DNA from: Paecilomyces variotii
Taxonomy: Eukaryota
Length of the DNA stretch: 64,000 nt
Assembly (NCBI GenBank): GCA_004022145.1
Contig: RCNU01000011.1
Strand: one strand, 5' to 3'
Position numbers and translations under genes: made by a program. Positions 49,561 to 62,733 of the stretch are shown here, one piece after another. Numbering within the stretch: position 1 is the first letter of the stretch; each line of letters begins with the position of its first letter. The notes under the pieces are model-generated. The model ran no database searches. It was given only the letters and a program-made list of their open reading frames with translations, and was not told where the DNA came from.

Positions 49561-50687
49561 TTGAGCCAACGACTGCGCTCAGCTCTTTCCACGATGCATA
49601 TATACATTGTATATCTAACTGCCATGTTACTGGCAGTACTTGTCATGATGATTCAACGTTGATCAACTTGGGTTCTTCGCTCCAGGCGTCAGGTAATGGG
49701 ACATTGCATCCTGGCTCACAGCCACATTCTTGTAGAATATTGGTATGCTAGATTTAATGACATGACGAATATATCTTGCTGCATGTTTGAGCTTTCAGTG
49801 ATTATCTAGTATCTCATAGCGAGGCCTTCCGTAGACCCACAAGCAAGATTAATTGTGTGAATCAATCAACATGTGCAATCGTCCCTGCTAGATTGTTTCT
49901 CGATCTCTTTCCGGAAACAAGGCCCATTATACAGCGGCGAAGCTGACACGCGCAGCCACATCAAGGTGCTATTCGATGGTTTTTCTCTCTCTCTCTCTTT
50001 TTTTGATGGCGTTCTACGAGCGACGAGTATGATTTTGGTATTAGTCGTGCGAGGATACCGAGCAATAGAAGGATAGCCTCCAGTGCTGAAGCTGGAGCTA
50101 GAGCTAGATCTACAGTAGAAGATAGGCTTGGTCTTTGGGCTAACTTCCAATTCTAATATCCTCAGTCTAAAACTACTACGTCTTCTTGCTTTAAGTATAT
50201 TAAAAACCAACTAAAACGGTAGTTATCGGAACGGCTCTTTATCCCTCTTTCTGAAACTCGTGGACGCCTTACTAGTTAAGTATTAAATATGTTCTATTCT
50301 CGTGTGTTTTTGCAGTGTTCGACTCCATCCCCAGTAGATAGATAGATGTCTAAGATGGATAATATTACCTCTAATCTAATCTAATCTAACTAGTTAGTTA
50401 GTTAATTGTGTCTCAGACTGAATAACCTCTGAAAGATACCATTGCATTCTATAACGATTTGCTTTTTTTCCCCCGTAGTATTATAGGATAAGTAATTTGT
50501 TGTGGGATAGGGTCGAGAGACTCAGCGTAGAGTCTCTTTGAGCATAAAGATATCGAGAAGAGGGATCGCAACGGTTAGGCTCGGAGCTCAAGGTAGAGCT
50601 AGAGGAGAAGCTCTCAGAGGTCTGCGGTATAACATAATGGCTGATACTGAATAATAACTGAAGGGTGTAACTGCTTATTCCATTCTG

Positions 50688-50717
<30 letters not shown>
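50688..50717. repeat. Poly-A homopolymer (30 nt)
   Basis: Read directly. Confidence 0.9.
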
Positions 50718-50719
<2 letters not shown>

Positions 50720-50779
50720 GAGAAACTGAATCTTAATCACCAATCCATTTGTCAACTATTATCCATTTGACGAATAATC

Positions 50780-53700
50780 GACATAGGAGAACTCTGCTTA
50801 CCCTTTTCCTCTCCTGGCTCTAATGGAGTAACATCTCTTTCACTCGCACTATTAGTGTCCGGCCCTAGCTCTGCGCAACTTGAAGTCAGCCATTAATTCT
50901 AACTTAAGTCAAACTCCCTTACCAATCCGAGCCCTACCTCTCGCGAATTCAGCGGAGATCTTGCGTTTCTTCCTAGGCAACTATAAGGTCGTCTTCTGCA
51001 ATTCTTGCAGGTTTTTGTATTGTTTTTTTTTTTTTTTTGCTTTTCTGCACTGTTGGGCTCTTTCTCGCCTGGCAGCTTAGTCGATAAGCCTGGATTTTCT
51101 GTGTGCGTTGCCTGCCACTGCTCCAGATCGCGCCGGATCTGCGCATCTAAGCTGAAGGTATAAATACTGCCCAAAAAACTCATTGATATCGTCGACCTTT
51201 GTTTCCCAGTCCCACTTAGAAATGATGTCCGCTGCTTCGCGGAGAGCTCTTAAACAATTATTCCACTCTTCCTATACCTGGTCAAAATCTAATTTAAGTT
51301 AGATTAGTGGTAGACATACCTTATCGCGGATAAGATCTTGGTCCTTCGCATTGGTGCCGGCCTGACTAAAGAAATCCCCCCTCACCAAGATATTGATGAG
51401 GAATAATGCCCCAATAATTACCCCTGCAATGGGCTTCGAGTAGCGCTGTCTTTCCTGTTCAGAAAGCTCGTTGCTCCACCATCTAATCAGGATTGCCATC
51501 GTGCGCCCCCTAGTATTGGCCTTAAACGAATCGACTCGGTTAGCACGGAGTGCAGAGAGCAAATCGTTATCCATTGCATCCTCGTCGTATAGATCCACCG
51601 CCCAGACGTAAGCCTAAAGACATGTTAGGACAAATCTAATTTAAGTTAGAATAGATTACCTCGGGGCGAGGATGTTCTATCTTCTCCCCGTTCACATCTG
51701 TCGCATTTTTTATGGCGGCCGCCGCCTGACCTTCCAGAGCAGATAACAAAGCCTGCCGGCGATGTTGTCCTGATTGCAGAATCGGTTGCCTCTAAAGTGA
51801 TTTCCGCCCACTTGTAGCCCATCTTGAATGTTTTCAAATGTGTTGTTGTGTTGTGTTGATGGCATAAGGACGGAGGACTTCAGAGGCGGATATTATGGAC
51901 CTCTGGGGGGCATGTCTGCATCACGCAGAACATTAGACGGCTCGTTCAGCTAGAAAGCATTAGTCTAAATTCTAACTTAAGTTAAATAAAGGCTTATACT
52001 TTGTTTCAAGTCGTGCTGACCCCAGTACGTGCCTTCGTAGATTTTGTTAAGAAGCTTATTGATAAAGTGAGCAGCTGCATTGGGGTCCTCTGCGCTGAGG
52101 AATAATGTCGCCTGCAGTTTATGAGCCCATGTCGGTATAAGCGTTACACTTGAGAGGGAACCACTCGATTAGCTCTTTTTCTATTGCAACACGAGCTCAT
52201 GAAAAAGATGGGAATGAGTATTCATCTCGGTGGCACATAATGGGACGCTTTTGGGTGGTCTGAACGATTTTCTGGTCAGTGGAAAATTGGTGCCTAGGAT
52301 ATCACAACCCTATATTAGTATTATATAGTTTTGCTAGCGCTCAACGATAATGCCAAAGCTGATAGTCAAATATCAGTCTGCCAAACCAGTCTAGAAGGCT
52401 CAAGTACCGAACGACGCTCACGATTGACCCTGTGGCAAGACTTGCATTTGTCCCACGGGCTCCATCGACAATAAACACATTGTTTCTTGTCCCCGGCGTT
52501 TCGGATAACACAGTCCTGGCAGGGCAGTCCGGTAATTGATTGCAACAGAGGATGCCGGGACTGCAACCGGTTTGGTATTTTAGGAGACGGGGTAGGCGTG
52601 ATCAAGTCATTTAAAAAGTTGGCTTTGTCATTATCTTCAAGTCTTCGGAGGTCTTGAGCACGTATTTATTGCTCGTTCTGCAGATCCCGCACTCAAAAGC
52701 TTGGGCTCACAAACGGGCCTGATGTAGAACCTTGTTCAGGGTGATGAGCGGCGTACTTAGGTATTGGGATCTCCGAAGGAGGTACATGCGGCTTGCCGAA
52801 GAGCGTATCAACTTCATAGGGTCGACTATAAACAGCCGCTGATCTTGGTACTGTTGGCCATATCCATCGGAGGCTTCAGATGGCAGCATTCATGGCAGCA
52901 TTCGCTGTGAAAAGCAGCATGCGGAGATCTCGGTCATTCGGGTTACGATACTAGTCCATGATCAGGCTCCAGTCAGCGCGACTGGGCTTGGTAACCACAG
53001 AGCCGCAGATGGTATCTGCGAAGTAGAAAAGTCGCTCGAACTCCGGACACCAAAACTATCACAAGTTAGAAGTCGACACTCAAAAGCTATTTATCATCCA
53101 CTTACACAGTCTGGTTTCCGATGTGGCCTTGAGCTTCATGGACGGTCCTTCCTCCTTTATATAAGAAGACCCGCATTATGGCATTGTCGAGTGTTGGCCT
53201 GTCCTTCACAACAATCTCGATATGATTCTATATAGGGATTCTCTTGCTTTATAGCCCTATGACAGTACAATCTCACCAGCACGGCAGCAATAAGCCTGCA
53301 TGAGGACGATACTGAGAAGGCGAGAAATATGGATATCCAAAGAGCGCCAACCATTGGTAAGTGCGCTTTGGCTGCAGGAGTTTGCCATCTGTTCGAGTGA
53401 GATAAGACATATACAGGATTGACCACTGCCCTCTTGTGATTTGGCCCTCCTGTCGAAGGCGATTGATACATGTATCCAATTTTATCCCGTGTATAACGAT
53501 GGCATTTTCAGAGTGGTCTCGAATTGCAAATGGAGAGACTTTCTAGGTTGAGACACTTTCCATAGATGCTCTCGAAGGCTGGCCCAATTCGTGCTTCTTC
53601 TTGGCCGCAAGAGTGGTCATGAAAATCGCATCAAGCTGCGTTCGAACAAGGGGCCTCATTCTGCAGTGATCCAACCATATAAAGGCCATAGTCTCGTAAT

Positions 53701-54110
53701 ATTGATCCTGAGAACATTTAGCAAAGGAGCGGATGCGGATCCGTGGATACATGGAGGATGGGGTCTCACTTAGATAATCAGGAATGTATGTATCTTCGCT
53801 CATGCGGCTTCAGATGCCAGTCGGTGGGTTCTCCCGCATGCGGACTGATATTGAAGAGTGTGAGGATCTTCGAAAACAAGAAGCCACTCTTTTAGGGACA
53901 CCTGGATGCGGGCTGGAACTCTGGGAAGGATATTTTCCATCGATGTTTCCATCTTGAATTTTGATGTGGATGAATAAGACACTTGGATGGTCCCTAGCAC
54001 AGGCTCACTGCCGAAGGGTCTCCGAATAGAAAGAAAAGTGTCGGCATTACAAAGACATGTGCAGGTGATTGATCATATCATCCGCTTGCTGTAGGTTCTT
54101 TGATATGCAC
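50780..54110 (-). pseudogene. Degenerate multi-intron gene(s) with a Cys-rich segment and a ParB/DUF3723-like segment
   Basis: Splicing 51614-51659 gives LEGQAAAAI...RPE|AYVWAVDLYDEDAMDNDLLSALRANR. PCQDC..CVYC..KCKSC at 52430-52530. Many in-frame stops and frameshifts; ends approximate. Confidence 0.5.
50898..51986. repeat. Four copies of the 16-bp palindrome TCTAACTTAAGTTAGA, each in a predicted intron
   Basis: 50898 TCTAACTTAAGTCAAA; 51288 and 51635 TCTAATTTAAGTTAGA; 51971 TCTAACTTAAGTTAAA. Confidence 0.85.
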
Positions 54111-55108
54111 ATACCGAATCCTTCTCATCTAAACTCTGTATATGCTAGAGGAAATAAATATGGGATCAACCTCTCACCTATATCTAGAGCTAAGCAAGCA
54201 ACCTAGCTACTAGCTAGGAGGTTGAATCATACCGTGCCCTTTATGATTCGACAAAATATAGTACGGGAATCCACAATGCTTATTTAATAGAAGAGAGGCG
54301 CTGCAGAAACTGTCGCTGATCCTTGACTTCTCCAGCAGCTATCCAGGTAACGATGGCCATTTATACACTCAGGCGAAGTCAACCTTAGCGTAACTGTAGG
54401 AGAAACCCGATAAAGACATCCTAATTGTAGAGCGTCTCAGAAGATAAAGACTTGTGAATCAAGTACCTAGTTAATTCTGTGAAGAGGATATATTCGACTA
54501 CTTTCACTTGCCCCAAGACATATTCCATGGGAATCTGGAGTAGGTCCTCTTGTGAATTACTCGACTCAGTCTCTCGGCGGAAGGTTTCATTCGGAGATTC
54601 CCTTCTTCGATGCATGTTTTCCTGCAATTGATCTATCATCAAGGTCTAGTGAAGGAATGGCATAGGTGATTAGCCTGCATGAGCTGGGAAGGTAGTCGTG
54701 ACATAAGTTAATGTGACTCAATTCCATTGTAAAATGAATGATGGATCTCCAGAGAAAGCATATCATCTTCAGCCAATTGCCAATGATAGAACTGATCTGG
54801 AGCCCCCCAGAGCTGAACTATAGAGTCGAACCCACCATTGACTTGAATAGCACAATCATGCTCTTCAGCTCGTACTCTTCGGAATACTGCTTGTCAATTA
54901 AGTAGACCGGAGAGAAAGGGAAATGGTTTAAAGGCCCTGTTAAGAATAAAGCGTAAATAGATAATTCCTACTAGGGCATGATGATGTATTCAAATTGTCT
55001 TCCCTACGAATGTACGCACGAAGCTGCAACAGTAACTCTGTACTTAATATTGTCCTCCACCAACAGTATCTGAATAGTCTGTATCGTACCCAAGTCCAAA
55101 CCGCCTAT

Positions 55109-56131
55109 CTAATTAATCACATAACCACCATCCACAACCATTGCATGCCCCTGCACGAACGACGCTTTCTCCGAGACCAAAAACAGTGCACAATCCGCAA
55201 CTTCCTCCGGGGTACCCATACGTCCCATTGGCGCAATAGCCACAGCTGGCTGTAACATCTCTTTCGTCTTTTCATCTGAAGTCGTCATAGGTGTGTCGAT
55301 CACACCGGGACAGATACAATTGACTCGGATATTGTGTTTTGAATAGTCGATTGCGTCGGAACGCGTAAGTGCGATCACAGCAGCTTTGGAGGCGCAGTAT
55401 GCGGCTGTTATGAATTAGTATAGAATGAATAAACAAGTCAAGGACATGGAGGGATATTATTGTACTGGACATACGAGCATTCGGTCTCCCTACTATCCCC
55501 AACTGACTAGCAATATTGACAATCGCTCCTCGCTGCTTCCGTATTCCGTCCTTAACGGGGTCTTGTCCTACCATGGCCTTCAACTCCGCCCTCGACGACA
55601 GCCAACATCCTCGATAGTTAACCGCATTGACTCGGTCGAATTCTGCAATGTCCATTTCTCCAGATACTAGAGGCTTGCCCAGTACTCCTGCGCAATTGAC
55701 GGCATAATCGACCCTTCCGAAATGCGCTACTACTTGCGCGATGAAGTCTTCGGCAAAGGTGTCAGCGGCGATGTCGCCGGGGATAGCAAGGACTGTAGTA
55801 TCTGGATAGGAAGAGAGAATTGAGGTGCGGGTTTCGTCGAGAAGTGAAGCGTTTATGTCTGTGATTGCGAGCCGAGTACATCCTGCGGCTGCGAAGGCGC
55901 GCGCAGTGGCTGCGCCGATACCTGTTGCAAGGGTTAGTAAGTGCGCATATCTTTTTCTTTTACTTCCATTGTCTTATATTGATAATTAACGTGAGAATAC
56001 ATATATTCAGAGAAATATTGCCCAAGCTATGCCATGGACAAGGCCAAGAAACGTCATAGTTAGCACGTACCTGTCCCAGCAGCACCCGTCACCACAGCTA
56101 CACCAGGAAATAGCGTTTCAGAAGCAGCCAT
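55109..56131 (-). CDS. Short-chain dehydrogenase/reductase, 3 exons
   Basis: VAVVTGAAGTGIG, VNCAG, IVNIAS, YCASK, RVNCICPG, VVDGG. Confidence 0.92.
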
Positions 56132-56722
56132 TGGAATAGATGCACGCTTGGATAAGCATATATCAACTCGCTGTCGTATTGGAGTTCAGAATGGTCAGCT
56201 CCAGGATCCTATCTCGGCCTATGTCTTACGCGGGGAAGAGCGGGGATCGCTTATCCCACTTTTGATTAGGTGGTGAATAAGTATCTAACTCAATGGCCAT
56301 CCTATGAGGTCTTGAAACAGCAGACTTTGTTTTGGTTGTAGTCTAGAGTATCTGTCAATTAATCCATATAGTTCCAAAAGTGGCTGAAGAGTCGTCAAGT
56401 CTAGAGCTTGATTGTGGGTTGGCTGTATAAGGACATAATACTCCAACTCGCTGTATTTATGGTACGGTGGGATAAATAAGAACTGGAACAGAACAATGCA
56501 TATGCTTCATTGACCATTGAGGTACATGCCGTAAAGGTATTGCATTATACAATACATATAAATAATGAAACAGACTGATGCCAAATACGTAGGGCCTCTG
56601 GTCACGTTTTTGGAAATTGATTAAGGAAAATATCGAGATCATCAATCGTATCCATGCCAACCCCATCTCGCGCCATCGCGTCATTTTTAGAAAACGTACG
56701 GCTTGAAAAGGAGACTTCAGAT

Positions 56723-58677
56723 TTACCGACCCAGGCGAATGACACCGGCAGCCATCAGTTTCTGGATCTTCATCCGGACCTGGGCGTTCTTCATGTGCTC
56801 CTGCAGAGCCATCGGGTCGCTCTTGGCCTGCTGGAGAATGCTCTGCATGACAGGATCCTGCAGGATGGACATGATCTAGAGAATGAGTTAGCTCTTGTTC
56901 TTCATACGGTAGACGAACATGCCAGAATTGACTTACCTCAGGATCTCTCTGGATACGCTCGGCAGTCTCCTGCTCCGTCTCACCAGCGCGTGCACTGTAC
57001 TGCGCCTCCAAGGCCTTCTGCTGCTGTTGTTCAATCTCGCGGGTGTGCTTTCCTTCCGTGTCGTGCTCCCGGGCCTCCTCGAGGACGTCCAAGGCCCTAT
57101 TGTACTCCTTCATGGCCTGCAGAGCTTGGGCCTTGCGGATATAGGCGCGGATGAACTTGGGATCACGCTTGAGGGCATCATCACAGTCCTGCACAGCCTG
57201 AGGGAAAGCCATGAGCTTGATAAGAGCAGCAGCACGGTTGGAGAAACCACGGGGGTCGTCAGGAGCGCGCTTTGTCATTTCTGTGAAGGCATCAACTGCA
57301 CCAGGCCAGTCAGCTTCCTGGAACTTCTTCTGGCCCAGTTCGCGGGCCTCCTCAGCCTTGGCCGGGTCAATGTATGCATCACGCTCGGCCTTGACCTTGG
57401 CCTTCTCGGCATTGCGGAGCTTCGTAAGGACATCAGGTGTGCGGTGCTCGGTGAGTGACTTGTTGTAGTACTCGATAGCCTGAGGGAGGTCGCCCAGCTT
57501 CTCGTGCGCGCTACCGATTCTTGCAAAGGCCCTGCCAGCAATGTCAATCCCGTCCCTGCCCCGTACGCTAAGGATCCAATACTTACTTGGCGATCATCTT
57601 GAAGTCGGCTCTCAACTCGCGGCCCTCGTCAATGGCTTGCTGGCACGTCTCGATAGCACCCTTGTAGTCTCCTTTCTCGAACTTGGCGGCTCCGATGTTG
57701 TTGAGGTAGGTGATATCCTTGTTCAGTTCCCATGCTTTCGTGTAGTGCTCGATAGCCTCGTCGAACTGCTTCTTCTTGTAGAAGTCATTACCGACCTTCT
57801 TCTCCGCATCACCAGCCTCCTGCGCCTTCTTCTTTGCAATCGTCTCCTCATCCTCTGGTTCAGGCTCGGGCTCGGGCTCAGGCTCCTTCTTGGTCTCCGC
57901 GGGCTTGGGCTGGGCATCCGCCATCGGCACATCCTCGTCCTTGGCTCCAGCCTCGGGAGGAGCCCCGAATTGCATGTCAATTCCCAGCAGCACACTCATG
58001 ACCTGCAGGAAACGGGGGTCACGCATCTCTTCTCCGATCGCGTTGGGGTTGTCCTTGAGGCGCTGCAGCTTCTGCATGAAGTCGCGGTCCGCTAACAGAG
58101 CAGACGTCTTCGGGTTGCTGGCCAGCTTCTGAATCATCTGAGGATCGTTGAACATGCCGCCCAGTCCACCCAATGGGTCGCCCTCAACACCGTCCGCGCG
58201 AGCCTCCGCCTCAATAGCCCTCTGCACGGCAGCCAGGCCGTTCTTAGCCTGGTCGTTGCCGGGCTCGAGCTTCAAAGCCTCTTCATATGCATCGTGCGCA
58301 CCCACTAGAAGCAGTCAGTGATCTGTGTCATCCAACTTGACAAAGTGTAGGACATACATAGATCTCCTAAGCCACGGTAAGCAGCACCCTTTCTGACCCA
58401 ACCCTTCGACCAGTCCGCCTTGATCTCGGTCGCCTTGTTGGCATCTTCCAAAGCTTTTTGGTACTCTGACTGAGCGGCGTAAACAGCAGATCGGTTGGAG
58501 TACAAAATATGGTTTTGGGGCTCGATCTCAATTGCTTGGGTGAATTTCTCACTGCACCTCATTAGTTTGTTGTTCCTGCGAGCCAGAAGCCGCATAAGCG
58601 GGGCATACGTACACAGCTGTTGCGTAGTCCTTCGCGGAGAAGGCCTTGTTGCCCTCTGCTTTCAATGCGTCCGCCAT
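56723..58677 (-). CDS. STI1: Hsp70/Hsp90 co-chaperone Sti1/HOP, multi-exon
   Basis: MADALKAEGNKAF, TPR repeats (LYSNRSA, YLNNIGAA, FSNRAAALIKL), DP domains (DPRFLQVM, IQRDPE), ends VIRLGR*. Confidence 0.96.
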
Positions 58678-58798
58678 CTGAAGAGCTCGTAGGTATTATC
58701 GCGATAACTATCCAAGTGTTCTGATCGTCGACAGCAGCTGGTAGTCGTGACGGCGGACGAAGAAGAGCTCACGCCGTTATGAGCTGTTGACCGCGGAG

Positions 58799-58813
58799 CT
58801 TCTGGAAATTTCG
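58799..58813. promoter_or_regulatory. Heat shock element (3 inverted nGAAn units)
   Basis: cTTCtgGAAatTTCg about 125 bp upstream of the STI1 ATG. Confidence 0.75.
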
Positions 58814-59161
58814 AGGTGGGGGAAGACATCAGGCAGAAACCAGGCAGCAACCAGGCAGAAATACCAAACACCTCAGGCACCACACAGGGCTTCCCACGCT
58901 AAACCGTTTTCAGCGCGCCACTCCCCGCCTCGGTGATTGTGACGATCGAAAAAAAACATCTCCGCCGCCATTGTTAACGGTCAAATTTCCAGCCGCAACA
59001 CTTTCTTTCAGCTGTCAGCATAGCCCTATCGATGGCTCGCTAATAATAATCACTTCTGGTCCACATAGCCAGCTACTCGAACATGATTACATTCAGAGTT
59101 ACACGGTGATCTCGCCTTCTCATCCAACAGTCCTTGACTCTAATCGCAATCCCCTCCCAAA

Positions 59162-60300
59162 ATGGCCTCCGCGGGCTCTTCGCGCGGTGGCTCCAACGTC
59201 ACCGCGCTGGCGTCGAAACTATATGAGGAGTGCCGTAATAACTTCTCGCCGGACCATCTCTTCTACCAGCAGGACCTGATCGGCTTGGGGATCATACCGA
59301 ATAATGACTTGGCTCTGCTGCTCCAGTGCACTCAATCTCTGGTTGACCAGAAACTGTTCCGTCTGTTGCATGGAAAGGATGATCGTCTGGCATGGAAGGT
59401 GATCTCGCAGGAAGATGCTGAGAAGTAAGTATCTCGTGTTGTTTTCAAGACCCTCTAAAAAAATAATAAAGATAAAAGATTTGAATGCTGACCCGTCTAT
59501 CACATAGACTCCAGAACCTGAGTCCCGATGAGTCCCTGGTCTACAATGTCATCCATTCCACTGGCCGAACAGGCATCTGGGTCCGTGCTATTGGAAACCG
59601 TACGAATCTGCACAAGATGATCCTGGACAAGTGCCTCAAGTCCCTCGAGAACAAGAACTACATCAAAGCCGTTCGCAATGTCAAATTCCCCAACCGCAAG
59701 ATGTACATGCTAGCGGGTCTTACGCCCAGCGAGGATGTCACAGGAGGAGCATGGTTCACGGATGGAGTACTGGATGCGAATTTCATCAATGCCCTGGCCG
59801 GTTTCGTCGAGCTCTATATAAGCCGCAGAAGCTGGTACGAAGTTCCCTCCGAACAGCGCAACAAGAGACAAAAGACAAGCACGGGCGAAGCCATCACCAA
59901 GAAAGAGCCTACGGAGAAGGAATACTTGCCCTACCCGGCCGGGTACCAGGGATACCCGACCGTCACCCAGATCACCGCCGAAGTGAACAAGACCGGCGTC
60001 ACCCCCGTGATGATGGGCGAAGAAAGCATCTCGCAGTTACTTCAGATGCTCTGCTACGACAACAAGCTCATCGCGATGAACAACGACCAGGTCTATAAAG
60101 CCGTTCGGAAACCGAATGCCATCAAGAGCGGCGCTGCAGCTGAGACGGCCGAGAAGGAGGGCCAACTAGGCAAGAATGGCATGACGGAATCGCCATGCGG
60201 ACAATGTCCGGTATTCAAGCTCTGCATCCCCGGCGGCGCAGTCAGTCCTGAAACCTGCGAGTACTTCGATCCATGGCTGGAAAAAGCCTTCGGGTTCTAA
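59162..60300 (+). CDS. RPC34: RNA polymerase III subunit C34 (RPC6), 2 exons
   Basis: Intron 59425-59507. GIWVRAI..TNLH, PSEDVTGGAWFTDG and C-terminal PCGQCPV..C....SPETCEY Fe-S motif. Confidence 0.95.
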
Positions 60301-60779
60301 TCCACATCCCTGTTTATCTTCTCTCGGAGGTCTCTTCGTTCATCCACGTGTGGTTTGATTTTTTTTTGCATAGCGCTGGCGTTCTAAAAGGACTCTTTTC
60401 GGCTCTGTGGGCTACCGTGACCTACATTTTTAAAAAAAGTTACTGGTCGATCACATAGAACGGACGGGATTGTGGTCTGGCACCTTTTTTTTGTCTTCTT
60501 GTTTTGAATATTCTGAGCGGACATATCATGTACGAATACTGATATGAGGCGCGTGTTCATTAGTTATGTCTAGAGAGGACGAGACAAATCCCATGGATCT
60601 CAATGGATCCTTAATTTGTCATTGAGTAGTGGCACAGGTTCATCTCTGTAGTCTATTTAAGTCTCATGAGACTAAAATAAAGAAGAGTAAATAAAAGAAA
60701 AGAAAAGGGGTATATATCATACACAAAACATGCACCCAAACACCTAGCTCTGGAATCGAAGAATGCGAAGAGGCTGGAT

Positions 60780-62066
60780 TTATTTCCCTAAAGTCTTCCG
60801 ACACTCATCGCAATACCACGTCCCCAACGGTTCGCGCGTCAATCCCACGCACTTCCAATGGAACCATTCGTAAGGACAATTATCATTGTCACAGGCAACC
60901 ATGTCTCCGTGACTGACGCTGCGGCAGGTACAGTAGACCTTTGAATCTTCGGCACCCTCGTCCTCTTCTTCGTCCTCCATCTCCTCATCAGAGCCTGCAG
61001 CTATGCGCACACGGGAAACGCTACCGGCTTCAGAGTCAGAGCCATCGGCGCTCGAGAGAATAGAGTCTTCGTCCTCCTCGTCTCCGCCTGAGGGCGACTT
61101 TTTGAGAGCACCGGATGGAAGCTTTATGCGACCACTGACGCTGGATGAACGTTTGATATGCTTTCCGTTTAGACTGGATGTGGCTTTTATCTTCTTGATC
61201 TGCTGGTGAGGAGCGACTTTCTTCGTTATGGCTTTCTTGGTCACACCACCCGCCCGCGGTCCTGCACTACCTGCGCGAGTCGACCCAGGAGTCCCGGCCT
61301 TGGGTGTTCCTGGCCCTAATGAGGATTGTCTGAGGTTCGATGATGCCGCCGGGAGAGTGCCCAATGAGGCGTTTAAGCGTCGACGCTTATTATCCACGGC
61401 ACCAGCAGAAGACTCCCGCTGTCGTTGTTGCTGAAGATGCACCGCAGTAGCGGCGGGAGTGGCAGGAGCAGAACTTCGCCCACCGGCCTGTACGGCTAGG
61501 GCAGTTGCACTAGCGGTACGACTGATGGGATTTGGTCTCTGAACCGCGCTTACTGAGGTATTCGCGTTTCCCGATGTTGGGTTGAGTGGAGAGGCGTATG
61601 AGGTTGATTCAGAGGGAGTAGGGTCTGGAAAGAATATTTTCGGCAACTCGCGATACTGGTCCTTATTTCGAAATAAAGAAGGAATAGGAGGATCATTTGA
61701 CAAGACGCCTTCATTCTGTAAATCACGGATCTTGATATCCAGCTTCTTAATCTGGCGGTCCAGCAGGACACATGCTTTCTCGCTGAGTTGGATCTTCTCA
61801 TCTTGTAACTGCTGAGTCCTATCAAAGTTCTGCAATATCGTCTTGCTATACTGTTCTTCTTTGGGGTTTGGCGCATGACTCCCGTTGAGTTTGATGAATT
61901 TCTGCAAGCTGCTATCGCGCGAGTTGATGGTTGAACGACATTCTTGGATGATCTTGTCCTTGGCCTGTATCTCTTCCATCAAATGTGTTATTTCGGCCGG
62001 TAAGTTCGCAACATCGTGAACGAACTGTTCCAGTACCGTGGCGCAATCCTCTGCACCGTGAGCCAT
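60780..62066 (-). CDS. ING family PHD finger protein (Yng2/ING3-like), intronless
   Basis: N-terminal ING domain ([19 protein letters not shown]). [41 protein letters not shown]. Confidence 0.92.
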   Translation of the reverse strand: MAHGAEDCATVLEQFVHDVANLPAEITHLMEEIQAKDKIIQECRSTINSRDSSLQKFIKLNGSHAPNPKEEQYSKTILQNFDRTQQLQDEKIQLSEKACVLLDRQIKKLDIKIRDLQNEGVLSNDPPIPSLFRNKDQYRELPKIFFPDPTPSESTSYASPLNPTSGNANTSVSAVQRPNPISRTASATALAVQAGGRSSAPATPAATAVHLQQQRQRESSAGAVDNKRRRLNASLGTLPAASSNLRQSSLGPGTPKAGTPGSTRAGSAGPRAGGVTKKAITKKVAPHQQIKKIKATSSLNGKHIKRSSSVSGRIKLPSGALKKSPSGGDEEDEDSILSSADGSDSEAGSVSRVRIAAGSDEEMEDEEEDEGAEDSKVYCTCRSVSHGDMVACDNDNCPYEWFHWKCVGLTREPLGTWYCDECRKTLGK

Positions 62067-62733
62067 GACGGAGCGAGTTGTAAGTCTCAATGGCGCTTTG
62101 ATTTTGGACTGTGACGCGACAATATCAAGGTGAACCCACTAAAGGGCCGATGTAATATGTAGTGTGTTATTCCCACCCTTTGGACAGCAAGTGGCGAAGA
62201 TGGTTCGATGGCGGAGGGCGGGGAAATTGATGGATGAATCGCGGAGATGGAAATGAATTGAATGACTTTCTGGAGAGGCGTTTAACCATCACGTGATACT
62301 GTATGCGCACGGACCATTCAGTAGGGCTGATCCATCAAGCCACATTGTGGCGCATGTAACATGTGGCTGTGTTACATTCCCATTAATTCCTATCAACGAT
62401 GCTTTTATGGACAAGTAGAGGGAAGATTGAGAGTAACTTTGAAATAGATGCAGGTATGCGCTGAATGGACTATACAATATTATTTTGTGGCATTATTAAG
62501 GTATCGTCCCCCACACTATACAGGACATGATATACACATTTCTCATATCCCATAGAAGCAAATGAACAACTCGTGATAAGCATCGTAGCTCATAAAAAAG
62601 CAGGTCGATATGGAAGAACCGGCCCTTCCCTTGACGGTGCATATATCTCTCTTTTCGCTCCTGGCGATTGCGACTCGTAGAGCTTCACGTGCCATGGCCA
62701 CAGACAATCGAAAATCCGAAGAGCTAGTTCGTC

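Noticed and set aside
50898-51986. CRISPR-like interpretation of the palindromic repeats
   Set aside because: Eukaryotic context, spacing of 336-390 bp, and no cas genes.
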